Part shown: in pieces, positions 9,901 through 18,105 of the stretch | How the letters are laid out: each line of letters begins with the position of its first letter | Position numbering within the stretch: position 1 is the stretch's first letter | From: a virus | Taxonomy: Duplodnaviria > Caudoviricetes | DNA: 31,863 nt | Direction: 5' to 3' (one strand) | Virus record (IMG/VR): IMGVR_UViG_3300037851_000135 | Coordinates: 1 to 31,863 of that record | Made by a program: the position numbers and the translations under genes | The notes under the pieces: model-generated | Told to the model about the DNA's origin: nothing | Seen by the model: the letters and a program-made list of their open reading frames with translations, nothing else | Databases searched by the model: none

Positions 9901-10172
9901 TTGCGTATCCGCGCTTGACCTACGTCACACGCGCCGCGTGTCGTTCCTACCCATAAAGTTTGACCAACGATAACATCGCCGTACACGCCGACCGGCGAAG
10001 TTAGACCGCTTTTGTCATACGTTATCTGTACAACCTTGTCGAGCGTTGCGAATGTCTGATTGATCCGCGCCTCGAATACTACAGCGGGATCGTGGATCGC
10101 TAAAAACAACTCGGAGTGCTGACTATCTCCGCGTAGTTTTGCCAACTCACCGGCGGTTAATGCTCTGCTCAT
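6951..10172 (-). CDS. Large tail-tip/hub protein with inserted CBM-like domain, 14-Pro linker and C-terminal Asp-box beta-propeller
   Basis: 1073 aa after the Dit-like gene; NVVTNGAF...W CBM-like segment; Asp-boxes TTDNGGSF, TTDGGFTW, TPDFGVTW. Confidence 0.75.
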   Translation of the reverse strand: MSRALTAGELAKLRGDSQHSELFLAIHDPAVVFEARINQTFATLDKVVQITYDKSGLTSPVGVYGDVIVGQTLWVGTTRGACDVGQARIRKAATSSILYIAEESELALSDNLYLTVVDEIGLWAKHLNITAPSTFKMDYDVAYSDQHDDPAPVPVFGSHVVLWNYGNVVTNGAFTGLTGWTAGVAGIALTNPTGNLLIDNNGATSSGYAYQTMRTVIGEAYTFSINVQAYTHGYSVKVGGVEQFATANGTGIKTVTYTATAQSTTIEIYATGSTAATVTVDSVSLTHLIRVVMDSSDSWVIGSTIDQRLWSGTSGVSFSSTSATAPTITLSGDGVHRVNCRVRSDDGSVTKTGYRYIFVYSESNPPATQFNLQDCNGDFERGGWEFTVEMYAEADVSTVRDRALCILFSRDFYQGVEGSIGALSASKNIVAVGWIDGDSIIQNYNTGAVTFTVRGAHYWLSKVMEFPFGLEITQNDPVNWVEMKGLTADKALWHIAEWRSTMTSCMDVYRTGDTRYASALEAQPASIWDQLTEVLENTILAHPACDRYGRLHTAVDTQLLPEADRSAIPTVFDITRDDWLGDMQIERYVTPPVSRIDLSGVVVRSRLDADAVFSLSPGHVFKRLGLPETADRLLLTSQAQANTLASLILSLRNKENDFSFTLGHNQYVTDIAPRQYHAIDIDAADNARGIDYDGNIIVRSVSHVWNEGHFTTEITAEPEVFEGLSSDGDPLDVDDDLPPIVTPPPPPPPPPPPPPPSLDGAPPYVIIGCDYGVWFTENFDEALPMWRSMNYGFATPIDVLDLHVTPSGYVYVYGTIDGEPGLYYGVWGGGLTLVATADTLAMDDLIGVGFNGETVYLILNKTVGLEKRLYVYSGSGADYSELTYKVVTIALAAASASYSNGILFFGGNEEELYQYDGGITINAQDIEQDPAGSIRQTFTRVGTSSHWFVVRGEPIWVTTDNGGSFSRIELASNVESLSQGALSAALTGWISDKRKTTDGGFTWGTDTMTALTNHSSSLSCGDADGLKFILGGTKSTRGAVVFTPDFGVTWYDKTNDLKDYITTNSVRRIAIYG

Positions 10173-10546
10173 TCTGCGACCAAGTTCCTAAATGTAACAG
10201 ACAATCCGATCCGCCGCGTTGCATCCTGCGCCTCGTTTTCGTCCCAAATCATCACGGCGGAGTAATCGTCGTATGTGTCTGCGTTGTCGTTTGTGCGCGT
10301 GCGGATAAAAACACTTGCGCTTGCGCCTGTGCAATATGTCCTTAACATGTCGCGCTGTTCGCGTGTCAGGTATCCCCACGACCAAGTTACAGTCGGCGCA
10401 CCCATGCCGCGCACTTTGCCGTTGCCAAGATTTACCAACTCTACAAACGGCTTATAATCCGTTTTGGGATCAGGAACAGGCGTTGCCAGCGCAGATAAAA
10501 GCGTTTTATTCAATGACGTAGTTCCAATCTTAAATTCGTATGCCAT
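10169..10546 (-). CDS. Distal tail (Dit-like) / minor tail protein
   Basis: 125 aa directly after tape measure; size and synteny. Confidence 0.6.
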   Translation of the reverse strand: MAYEFKIGTTSLNKTLLSALATPVPDPKTDYKPFVELVNLGNGKVRGMGAPTVTWSWGYLTREQRDMLRTYCTGASASVFIRTRTNDNADTYDDYSAVMIWDENEAQDATRRIGLSVTFRNLVAE

Positions 10547-10547
10547 G

Positions 10548-12494
10548 TTAGAACGCTCCCGCTAATTCTCTGAACAGTTGCAGGTCGTGCTGCTTTAGCA
10601 TGTCTTTCATAGTCTTTATGGTTACGCCGCCTGCTCCCAAGTTGACGTTGATCGTACTGCCGCCGCCCATGATCGCGTCGAGTAGGTTGTTTTGATTGAG
10701 CGATTTGCCGATCATGCGCTCGGCGGCTTTCGTTGTTCTGTTATTCATCACAAACTCGCGCCCCTGCTCGCCGAGCATATACCGACCGTGCCGAGCGTAT
10801 CCGCCGCGCGCCATTTGTGTATAAGGATCGCTCCCGCCGCTTGATGCTTCGATCGGCTCGGCATACGGTAAGCCTTGCGCGGCTGCGAGGATCGATGAAT
10901 CAATGCCAGCAAGGAAGTTCGAGAATTGTTGTTCGAGATATGGATACCACCTCTCACCAATGGCTTTTAATCCTTCAAAGTGTTGCCCTTGTTGGATAAG
11001 TCGATTCACATACGCATTCTGCGCGGCGTCTTGCTGTTCTTTGAGATTCTTTTCGAGCCGCTTTGACTGCTCCTCATAGTTTTTGTCAATGCTCTCTAAC
11101 TGCTTTGCATACGCGGCGGCTCGTTGCGCTTCCTGTTGTACGAATGCCGCTTCCATCTGCGCCATTTGCCGAGCATAATCTTGATCGCGCCGCTGCGCCA
11201 TGATGTTATACTCGCGCTCTGCTTCGCTTCTCTGATCCTTGTAATCGCGGCTTTCGCGTACCAGCCCCAGCGCGTCACGCGAGGCGATCAGGTCGGCAGA
11301 GCGGCGCAGGTGTTCGAGGCGCATCCGCTCCATCTCGCGCTGATGGTCTTCTTCCATGCGTTGCGTTTCAATGCCATAACTTTCGGCGGCTTGTGCGCGC
11401 TGTGCATAATAAGCGGCTTCGGCTTGCGCGGATTGCTCGGCATACGATAACGCGGCGTCGTTTCGCGCCTGTTCGGTCTGCTCTTCGAGCGCGACTCTCT
11501 GCTCTCCGTACTGCCGCAGAATGTCCGTTTGCCGTTGTTCGTACTGTGCATATTCAAGCAGGCGCGCCTGTTCTGCCGCTCGCGCTACGTCTGCTTCTGC
11601 TTGCTGCGCCGCGTATATCTCTAGCGATTCGCTTTGACGATTGGTGTTCGCAAGTGCCGCCGCCGCGTTATTTGCGCTCGTCTCTACGCCGAACAATCTT
11701 TTTGTAAAATCATCAAGAGCCGTGTTCGTTTCGCCGATCCAATTTGCAACGCCAGTCAACCCCAGCGCATTCGCACCCGCGCCGAGCGCGAGTCCGGGCA
11801 ATGCTCCGATGCGCCGCGCTGTTACCGCCGCGTCTCCGATCCCTTGCTCGCGCCATTCGTCTCCCCAGCGCGCCCGTCCGATTGCGTTTCCGATCGCGCT
11901 GCCTATTCCTGCGCCAAGTATGACCGCGCTTGCGTAAAGCGTGACTGTACCGATTCCCCTTGTTGCGCCGCCAACCGCGCCGCCCTGCGCCGCGAGAGAG
12001 GTGTATTTTGCCAACCCGCTCGCCGCTAAACTTAAACCGCCGAGCAACGCCGCGCCTGCGGAGAGTGTCGCGCCGATCGTTGCAATGCCGCGAATCACAT
12101 CTGGATTCCGCTCTGCGAAGTCGGCGATCTTGTCTGCCAGATCGGATACCTGTTTTATTTCAGGCGCAAGTTCACTAGCCGCGACGCGCCCGATGCGGAT
12201 GTATGTATTCTCGATCTGCTTTGTCATGTCGAGCCAGTTTTGGCTCGCCTGCTCTGTTTGTCCGACCGCCGATGAGTATTTGCTAATCGCCGCGCCGAGC
12301 GTACCAAGTATCGCCGCGCCGCCGATCGCCATTTTGCGCGAGAGGTTCTGAAAAGAATCCGCCGTTGCATCCGCGAGTCGCGCAGTCGTGGCTAGACGCT
12401 TTTCGATGTCACTAATGCCTTTTTGGGCTTTGTCAAGCCCTTTGCCGTCAAAGTCAAACTTAATGCCAATGCGGAGATCGTTATAGTCTGCCAT
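10548..12494 (-). CDS. Tape measure protein
   Basis: A/G-rich hydrophobic segments, long Q/E/A coiled coil, C-terminal MARGG...LGEQGREFV; follows the chaperone pair; likely start MADYNDL. Confidence 0.9.
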   Translation of the reverse strand: MADYNDLRIGIKFDFDGKGLDKAQKGISDIEKRLATTARLADATADSFQNLSRKMAIGGAAILGTLGAAISKYSSAVGQTEQASQNWLDMTKQIENTYIRIGRVAASELAPEIKQVSDLADKIADFAERNPDVIRGIATIGATLSAGAALLGGLSLAASGLAKYTSLAAQGGAVGGATRGIGTVTLYASAVILGAGIGSAIGNAIGRARWGDEWREQGIGDAAVTARRIGALPGLALGAGANALGLTGVANWIGETNTALDDFTKRLFGVETSANNAAAALANTNRQSESLEIYAAQQAEADVARAAEQARLLEYAQYEQRQTDILRQYGEQRVALEEQTEQARNDAALSYAEQSAQAEAAYYAQRAQAAESYGIETQRMEEDHQREMERMRLEHLRRSADLIASRDALGLVRESRDYKDQRSEAEREYNIMAQRRDQDYARQMAQMEAAFVQQEAQRAAAYAKQLESIDKNYEEQSKRLEKNLKEQQDAAQNAYVNRLIQQGQHFEGLKAIGERWYPYLEQQFSNFLAGIDSSILAAAQGLPYAEPIEASSGGSDPYTQMARGGYARHGRYMLGEQGREFVMNNRTTKAAERMIGKSLNQNNLLDAIMGGGSTINVNLGAGGVTIKTMKDMLKQHDLQLFRELAGAF

Positions 12495-12747
12495 TGTCTT
12501 TTTTCCGTTGCTCGCGGACGGTCTCAAATAAGCCGTCTAATTCCAAGAGGCTATAAAGCAGATCGGCGGGCTGGTCTAGTAGCCCGCCCGCCGATGGTAG
12601 GATTTTCCGATCTGTTTGCCGCCACAGTTTCCATACGGGCATAGCATCAATGAGCCTCTGCGCGTTGTCAAGCGTTTCCGGTAGTTCGCCTTCATCGTCG
12701 CCGCTCGCGGCAATTCGCGCAAGCGCGCTGTATAACTCAACAGTCAA
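12481..12747 (-). CDS. Tail assembly chaperone, frameshifted C-terminal part (gpT-like)
   Basis: In the -1 frame relative to 12744..13052; LPSAGGLLDQP motif; lies just before tape measure. Confidence 0.8.
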   Translation of the reverse strand: MTVELYSALARIAASGDDEGELPETLDNAQRLIDAMPVWKLWRQTDRKILPSAGGLLDQPADLLYSLLELDGLFETVREQRKKDNGRL

Positions 12748-13052
12748 TTCTTCTTTTTTTTTGCAGGAGCGGTTTCTTGTAATTCGGGAAACCAGTTTGG
12801 ATTTAATTCCCGAACAGCCTCAAAGAGTGCGTCGCCAAGCAAAGAGGGGAAGAAACGATATTCATCAAGGCTAACGGACTGCCCGAAGATCGCAGGCGCG
12901 GTTACAGCGTATCCGAATTTCACGCGGCGCAAAACGGGATCGCTTTCCTTTACTGCGTCTTCGAGCAAGATCGCGCGCCGGATGTCCTGCTCTATGGTCG
13001 CTTTGCTGACAACAAACTCGTACCCGTCTAGTTTAACTGTCTTGGTCTCCAT
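12744..13052 (-). CDS. Tail assembly chaperone (gpG-like)
   Basis: Between tail tube and tape measure; ends in a slippery A-run. Confidence 0.8.
   Translation of the reverse strand: METKTVKLDGYEFVVSKATIEQDIRRAILLEDAVKESDPVLRRVKFGYAVTAPAIFGQSVSLDEYRFFPSLLGDALFEAVRELNPNWFPELQETAPAKKKKN
12753..12759 (-). other. Programmed -1 frameshift site A AAA AAG
   Basis: GCA AAA AAA AAG AAG AAT TGA; a -1 slip reads ...KEELTVELYS into 12481..12747. Confidence 0.85.
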
Positions 13053-13065
13053 GCCTCGCCGCTTT

Positions 13066-13905
13066 CTAATACTCGTACCAGATCGTAAGGATCGCGCCGG
13101 ATGCGGGAGCGGCGGTCATGGTGATCGTATTGTTATCGGTGACGGTATAATCCGTTCCACCGCCGGTCTTCAGGACGCCGTCGACCCACACCTTGACAGA
13201 GTTGGTATATACGCTGTCATTTGCGACAATCTCGAATCCGGCGGGAAGGTCGAAGGCGGTCGCCGAGCCGTTGCCTTTGAATGCAACAAGATTCGGGCGT
13301 CCGACACTCATTCCCTCAACAAACTGACACGATGACGCGCCATCCGTTCCAGTGACAAGAGCCGCGCCCCAGAGATGCTGGGATGTGACCGAAGGCGAGA
13401 TCGCGTATCTGTAATCTTCCGGCGCGTCACCCATGCCGGGGGGCATAGGGATAGCCCGCGCCTTCGGGATGACGATCCAGCGATAACGGCGAGCGCCGCT
13501 TGACGTGTCAAGTGATTGCTGATAAGACAAGATGCCGACCGTCGGCTCTTCGCCCTGCTCATCGGTTGCGTGTACCACATAATGCGACGTGCCAAAGGTT
13601 ACATCGGACGCGCCGGTTAAAGCAGAGATAAGCGCCATGTCGGAGGGCGCGACGCGAATCTCGGCAGATGCCGCATCTGTCGGGGGCAAGAAGTCCGCCT
13701 GCAAAACGCGATCTTCTCCGACGTGCGTGATGCGTCGCGGCTCTGGGATAGTCAAGCCCATTGACTTGAAACCGTTTGCCTCAATTCCAGCGTATGCGGA
13801 AGTCGGCGAGGATGCGTCGGGATAACCGGACGCATTAAGCGTATAGATCGCCGTGCGCCGTGCGCCGACTGCGAGTTGCGAGCCTGATGCTACTGTTGCT
13901 GTCAT
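13066..13905 (-). CDS. Major tail tube protein with C-terminal extension domain
   Basis: Synteny; C-terminal FKGNGSATAFDL...VWVDGVL...DYTV...ITMTAAPASG...YEY small beta domain. Confidence 0.75.
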   Translation of the reverse strand: MTATVASGSQLAVGARRTAIYTLNASGYPDASSPTSAYAGIEANGFKSMGLTIPEPRRITHVGEDRVLQADFLPPTDAASAEIRVAPSDMALISALTGASDVTFGTSHYVVHATDEQGEEPTVGILSYQQSLDTSSGARRYRWIVIPKARAIPMPPGMGDAPEDYRYAISPSVTSQHLWGAALVTGTDGASSCQFVEGMSVGRPNLVAFKGNGSATAFDLPAGFEIVANDSVYTNSVKVWVDGVLKTGGGTDYTVTDNNTITMTAAPASGAILTIWYEY

Positions 13906-13917
13906 AGTTTTTTACTC

Positions 13918-14373
13918 CTATTGGTTGTAACCTGCGACTCTCAAAGAAAATTGAAAGCCCCAATATTCAATGTCGGAAGGATCGGACACGACGCCAAAAT
14001 CGCTCATATTTCCGAGTGAGATGTCCATCAGCCCCATCAATTCGTCATTGCTGAATAACGCAATTAGAAACTTCGAGAAGTTTTCTACCATACCGACATG
14101 CGCGAGAAAGGGCGAGATGCCGCTTCCAACTTCGCAATGCAAGTAGATGTAGTTTAGATCGTAACTTTGCCTAACCAATGCGGCGGTGTTCGTGCGCAAC
14201 GCTTCAAAGTCAAACGAGTAGCCGCTTATGAAATGCTCTGGATCGGGATAGAACACAGGGCAGATCATCCTGCCGGACGCCGGTATCTCGCCTATGCTTT
14301 TTATGCTCACGCGATCAACCTTGAGCGCGGCGATACCTTCGGTGAGCGTTGCGATGTGCGATGATAGGCTCAT
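13918..14373 (-). CDS. Tail terminator / neck protein
   Basis: 151 aa between head-tail adaptor and tail tube. Confidence 0.6.
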   Translation of the reverse strand: MSLSSHIATLTEGIAALKVDRVSIKSIGEIPASGRMICPVFYPDPEHFISGYSFDFEALRTNTAALVRQSYDLNYIYLHCEVGSGISPFLAHVGMVENFSKFLIALFSNDELMGLMDISLGNMSDFGVVSDPSDIEYWGFQFSLRVAGYNQ

Positions 14374-15194
14374 GCCTTGTCACCATAAACGCCGATTACA
14401 AGAGCGGCGGATGTCGGGATGTCGTTCGGAGTAAGCACTACACCCGCGCTAGTGATAGTCTCGGTTGTAGAGAATGACCTACCGAAGCGGCGGTTATAAG
14501 CAGTGTTCGCAATTTCCAGACACGCCGACTTGATGGACGGCATAACGCGCCATACTCTGACAGCATTTGCGGTGTCATGTGACGCCGCTGTGCTTTCGTT
14601 GTATCCTCGCTCCACTGTCAGCCGTTCTCCAGCGATGCGCGCTACAAACATGATCTCGTCTTCAATGCGGATTAAGTCACCCGCAGAAAAGCGCGATCCG
14701 TCTGTTACAGCGACAACCGTCTCGCTCTCGTCGATCTGGGCGTCGGTCTCCGCGACTGTTTCCCATGCGGACTTGTAGCGATCGTGAAAGCCCCACACGC
14801 CCGTCACAGAGATCGAGCCTTCGACACTTCCGAAGGCGTTAGAGTTCCATGTATTCGAGGTGACATCCGACAACTTGATAGCGTAATGCGGAGATATATT
14901 GCGTTGAAGCAGATAGTATTCCGTGTTCGCTATGGATGTTTCTCCAGACAAGAGCGCGACAACTTCGAGCAAATCGTCATCAAGCCACAATTCCCGATCG
15001 TTGGGCGCATCGTATAGACGCGCCGCGATAATCGGATAAAAGCGTCTTTGAGTTTGTTGATCGATCAGGCGAGATGCCGCTTCGAGCAAAAATTCAATCA
15101 CGCCATCGTCCGCCGTGTCGTTGTTTGGCTCTTGGTTGCGCGATGTCGTGAAGTCTTTGTACTCTTTGAGCGTTGCGTAAGCGTTATTCATCAT
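14370..15194 (-). CDS. Head-tail connector (adaptor) with inserted beta domain
   Basis: YATLKEYK...LLEAASRLIDQQTQRRF and PSIKSACLEIA motifs of gp6/gp15-like adaptors; follows capsid. Confidence 0.8.
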   Translation of the reverse strand: MMNNAYATLKEYKDFTTSRNQEPNNDTADDGVIEFLLEAASRLIDQQTQRRFYPIIAARLYDAPNDRELWLDDDLLEVVALLSGETSIANTEYYLLQRNISPHYAIKLSDVTSNTWNSNAFGSVEGSISVTGVWGFHDRYKSAWETVAETDAQIDESETVVAVTDGSRFSAGDLIRIEDEIMFVARIAGERLTVERGYNESTAASHDTANAVRVWRVMPSIKSACLEIANTAYNRRFGRSFSTTETITSAGVVLTPNDIPTSAALVIGVYGDKA

Positions 15195-15205
15195 CCTGCA
15201 CTTAT

Positions 15206-15244
15206 GCGGGGCGGCTTGGCGCGGACTGCGTTACGCCGCCCCGC
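15206..15244 (-). terminator. GC-rich hairpin after the capsid gene (no U-tract; stabiliser or weak terminator)
   Basis: GCGGGGCGGC ... GCCGCCCCGC perfect 10-bp inverted repeat. Confidence 0.55.
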
Positions 15245-15261
15245 TGAAAGGTGAGTGAAGA

Positions 15262-17352
15262 TTAGACGGTCAGGTTGTAGGTGATCGCGGCGGATTCGTT
15301 GTCGCGGTAGGTAAGACCGAAGCGCGCAAGCGCGACGATTTCCCACGTGTCGCTATTAGCGAAGCGGGTCGTTTCGATTGTCATGCGCCGCTTGTAGCCA
15401 AGTTTCCACAAGTCAGGGCGAACGCACAAGATCGAGCCGGTGGTATTGTTCCCTTGCGTGTCGAGATCAACCTTGCCTGCGCTGTTGGCTTTCAGTCCGG
15501 TCGCGCCTTTGTGCATCTGCCACGACGGCATAACAGGGACGCCGTACATGCGAGTCACAAAACCATTCTCAACGACCGCCGCGCTGGTGTAATCGCGGCT
15601 CTTGACTTCGGTCAATTCCATGTTCTTGAAGTACACGTTCGGATCGACAATAAACATGAGTTTGGAGAGGTCGGATGCGTAAAGCCCAGCCGTCCCCATC
15701 AACTGCATCGTGTCTTTGTAATCCTCAACCGCGAGAGTAGTTCCAGAGCGTGAGTTTGCGGTATTGGTCACGAGCGCAAGTTTGCGGAAGCCGTCGGCAA
15801 GTAAGAACCATTCATTGCCGGCAGGCGTACCGCCGATGTCATTGATGTTGGTCGTAGCACCAGTCGCGGTGTCGCCGTTGATCACGATCGCTTCCATGAC
15901 CTCACGACCGGACAGAGCCAACTGCTCACGGAGTTGCGGGGCAAATTGTACGATGCTGTTTTCGGTCAATTCGCCGCTATACATGACGCGCGCGCCGAGT
16001 TTGCCGATGGTCATTTGCTTGTTCGCAGTTCCAGCCTTGCTGTCAGGTACGGAAGCGTCAGGAACGCCGGTAGTAGCGTTCTTGTCCGTGCTTTCGGCTA
16101 CCTTGTACCAAGTCGGATCGGCGTCTTCAACGGGGAAGTATTGCGATGAATACCCGTCTGGGATAATCACCTCTGGCAGTTTGCCGACAATGCCGCCGTC
16201 GTGACGGATCGATCGCCACAGTTCGGTCGAGTATGCGGTCGCAACCCATTCAAGACCGTTGCCGGTGTCGCTGGACGCCATGACTTCTGCGGCTTTGATC
16301 GCGTTCTCGTCAACCAGCCCCGCCGCCTTCAATGCGCCGCGCACGTAAGCGTGAGCGTTTTTGTCGGCGTTGAGTTTATAAGCCAGCGACTTGATAGCGA
16401 GTTCAGAAACGCGCTTGCCTTGTGAGCGCATCACCTCGATCGCAAGGGAAAGGTCGCCGCCGGATACGTTGTCAAATTTCTGATCGTCAAACTTGGTCGC
16501 GTAGGGCGCATGACCGTAATCGGGCAAGCGGCGCGCTTTCGCGGCTTCGGCTTTGACTGCCTCGACGCGCTTCTCAACCTCGGCGGAGATTTCCGCCTCG
16601 CGTTGCTGGGCGTCTTTCAAGGCGTCTGCCTGCGCCTGTCGCTCGGCTTTCAGAGCGGCGGCGATCTGTTCGTTCACCTGTTCGGCGGTGATCCCGTTTT
16701 GCTTTTCGTCCATTTTCTTTACTCCTGTTTGGTTGTTTGAAATGTTGTAATCAGCCGCGCCGTTCTGCGCCTCTGGCTGGTATTCAATAGGGAAGGGGAT
16801 ACCCGCCTCGTCATAAAACGCCTTCAGAGCAGGTACAGCATAGGCGCGGGAGTTCGCGGGGCGAAAGTTTCCCGCCGTCATATCCCAGAGGGATAGTTCA
16901 GCGAACGCCCAAACTGCAATTCGCCCCGCCTTATTCTTTTGGTACGGGTGCATCTTCCCGCCGATGTCGAGCCGCGCAAGATGCGAGACCGTGCCGGATG
17001 AAACAGCCAGCATCCCGCGCTTTGCGGCGTCGATGATCTTTTGAGCAAGCGCGTTTGCCTTGTCAATGACAACGCTAATATGCCAGCCGTCCATCTTTTT
17101 GACGAGCGAACCCTTTACAGGACTGCCGACAATAACGGGCTTTTCCTGAATCGCGGAAGCGTTCGGCTCTACGCCGTGCTGATACAGAATAACGGGCGTA
17201 TTGAAATTATCCGCCATGATGTCGGTGTCAGCGTCAAAGTATTGCCCGTCACTGTCCACAGAATTAAACGGGATCGCAAGTACGTCCAACTCCAGATCGC
17301 CGGACGCTTTTACCGCGTACTTTACAAACTCGTTCTCGCTTTGTTCAGACAT
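15262..17352 (-). CDS. Fused prohead protease / scaffold / HK97-fold major capsid protein
   Basis: Protease-like motifs DSDGQYF, ILYQHG, AVSSG, ELSL; coiled-coil delta region; capsid-like IVINGDT and RMYGVPV. Confidence 0.88.
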   Translation of the reverse strand: MSEQSENEFVKYAVKASGDLELDVLAIPFNSVDSDGQYFDADTDIMADNFNTPVILYQHGVEPNASAIQEKPVIVGSPVKGSLVKKMDGWHISVVIDKANALAQKIIDAAKRGMLAVSSGTVSHLARLDIGGKMHPYQKNKAGRIAVWAFAELSLWDMTAGNFRPANSRAYAVPALKAFYDEAGIPFPIEYQPEAQNGAADYNISNNQTGVKKMDEKQNGITAEQVNEQIAAALKAERQAQADALKDAQQREAEISAEVEKRVEAVKAEAAKARRLPDYGHAPYATKFDDQKFDNVSGGDLSLAIEVMRSQGKRVSELAIKSLAYKLNADKNAHAYVRGALKAAGLVDENAIKAAEVMASSDTGNGLEWVATAYSTELWRSIRHDGGIVGKLPEVIIPDGYSSQYFPVEDADPTWYKVAESTDKNATTGVPDASVPDSKAGTANKQMTIGKLGARVMYSGELTENSIVQFAPQLREQLALSGREVMEAIVINGDTATGATTNINDIGGTPAGNEWFLLADGFRKLALVTNTANSRSGTTLAVEDYKDTMQLMGTAGLYASDLSKLMFIVDPNVYFKNMELTEVKSRDYTSAAVVENGFVTRMYGVPVMPSWQMHKGATGLKANSAGKVDLDTQGNNTTGSILCVRPDLWKLGYKRRMTIETTRFANSDTWEIVALARFGLTYRDNESAAITYNLTV

Positions 17353-17371
17353 CGCGTTTCATTCTCCATGC

Positions 17372-17426
17372 AAAAAAAATCAGGTGACACAAACGGGCGG
17401 ATTTTCCGCTCGTGTATCACCTGATT
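17372..17426 (-). terminator. Long intrinsic terminator in the capsid gene leader
   Basis: AAUCAGGUGAUAC/GUGUCACCUGAUU plus an upper stem, ending in 8 U. Confidence 0.75.
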
Positions 17427-17501
17427 ATCTGTCAGTCTGTGATTGCTTTCGCGCTATCGGCATCATGCCGATCTCTTGCGCTAGGCTATTCAGTTATTTG
17501 C

Positions 17502-17510
17502 ATTGTATCA
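17502..17510 (-). promoter_or_regulatory. Extended -10 promoter TGATACAAT
   Basis: Identical 9-mer at 23638-23646; intergenic, oriented toward the capsid gene. Confidence 0.6.
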
Positions 17511-17517
17511 CATTTTT

Positions 17518-18105
17518 TTATCTGCGATTGTACGCTCTCACGATCGCGTCGATCGCCCTTTGTCCTGCATCCAGCGCGGCGTTGTAATTATCTTTTACCA
17601 CGCGCTGAATCTTCTGCCACTTATCCTCTTCGTGACCGCTTTGCATCCACTTACCCATCACAAAGACGCCGTACTTCGTCGGGTTGTAGATCGTCACGCG
17701 CTTATACATTGCATCGTTCACACGAAACGACCAGCCGCGCTTCAGTGTGTCCGTGCGCTTATAGGGAATGCCGCTTCCGAATCCGTTTGTGGCAAAATAC
17801 GCCTTGCGCTGTTTTTCGCTCTGCCACTTGTAAGGGTTGTTCCCGCCACGAGATAGGCGATCAGAGTACCGCTTTGACTTCGTGAGCAAAAAGCGCGTCA
17901 CCGCCCACGCCCCCGCGCCGCGCTGTTTTTCGCTCTGCCACCTATACGGATTGTCCCCGCCATGATACACGCGTTTGGGATACCGTCTCAACTTCGCAAG
18001 CAAAAAGCGCGTCACTGACAACGCCGCCGCTTTACGCGCCTCGACAGGCATCTTGCCAAGTAGTTTCTTTATAGCCCTTGCGTCAAAAGTAAACTTGACT
18101 TTCAT
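17518..18105 (-). CDS. Basic head/neck morphogenesis protein with internal 38-aa duplication
   Basis: PYKRTDTLKRGW...YNPTKYGVFV resembles HK97 gp10-like/virion morphogenesis proteins. Confidence 0.6.
   Translation of the reverse strand: MKVKFTFDARAIKKLLGKMPVEARKAAALSVTRFLLAKLRRYPKRVYHGGDNPYRWQSEKQRGAGAWAVTRFLLTKSKRYSDRLSRGGNNPYKWQSEKQRKAYFATNGFGSGIPYKRTDTLKRGWSFRVNDAMYKRVTIYNPTKYGVFVMGKWMQSGHEEDKWQKIQRVVKDNYNAALDAGQRAIDAIVRAYNRR
17806..18030. repeat. Diverged 114-bp tandem duplication
   Basis: GCGCTGTTTTTCGCTCTGCCAC at 17806 and 17920; AGCAAAAAGCGCGTCAC at 17885 and 17999. Confidence 0.9.

Noticed and set aside
3056-10172. Diversity-generating retroelement acting on tail genes
   Set aside because: No reverse transcriptase and no template/variable repeat pair differing at adenines; the 114-bp duplication is tandem and its differences are not A-specific
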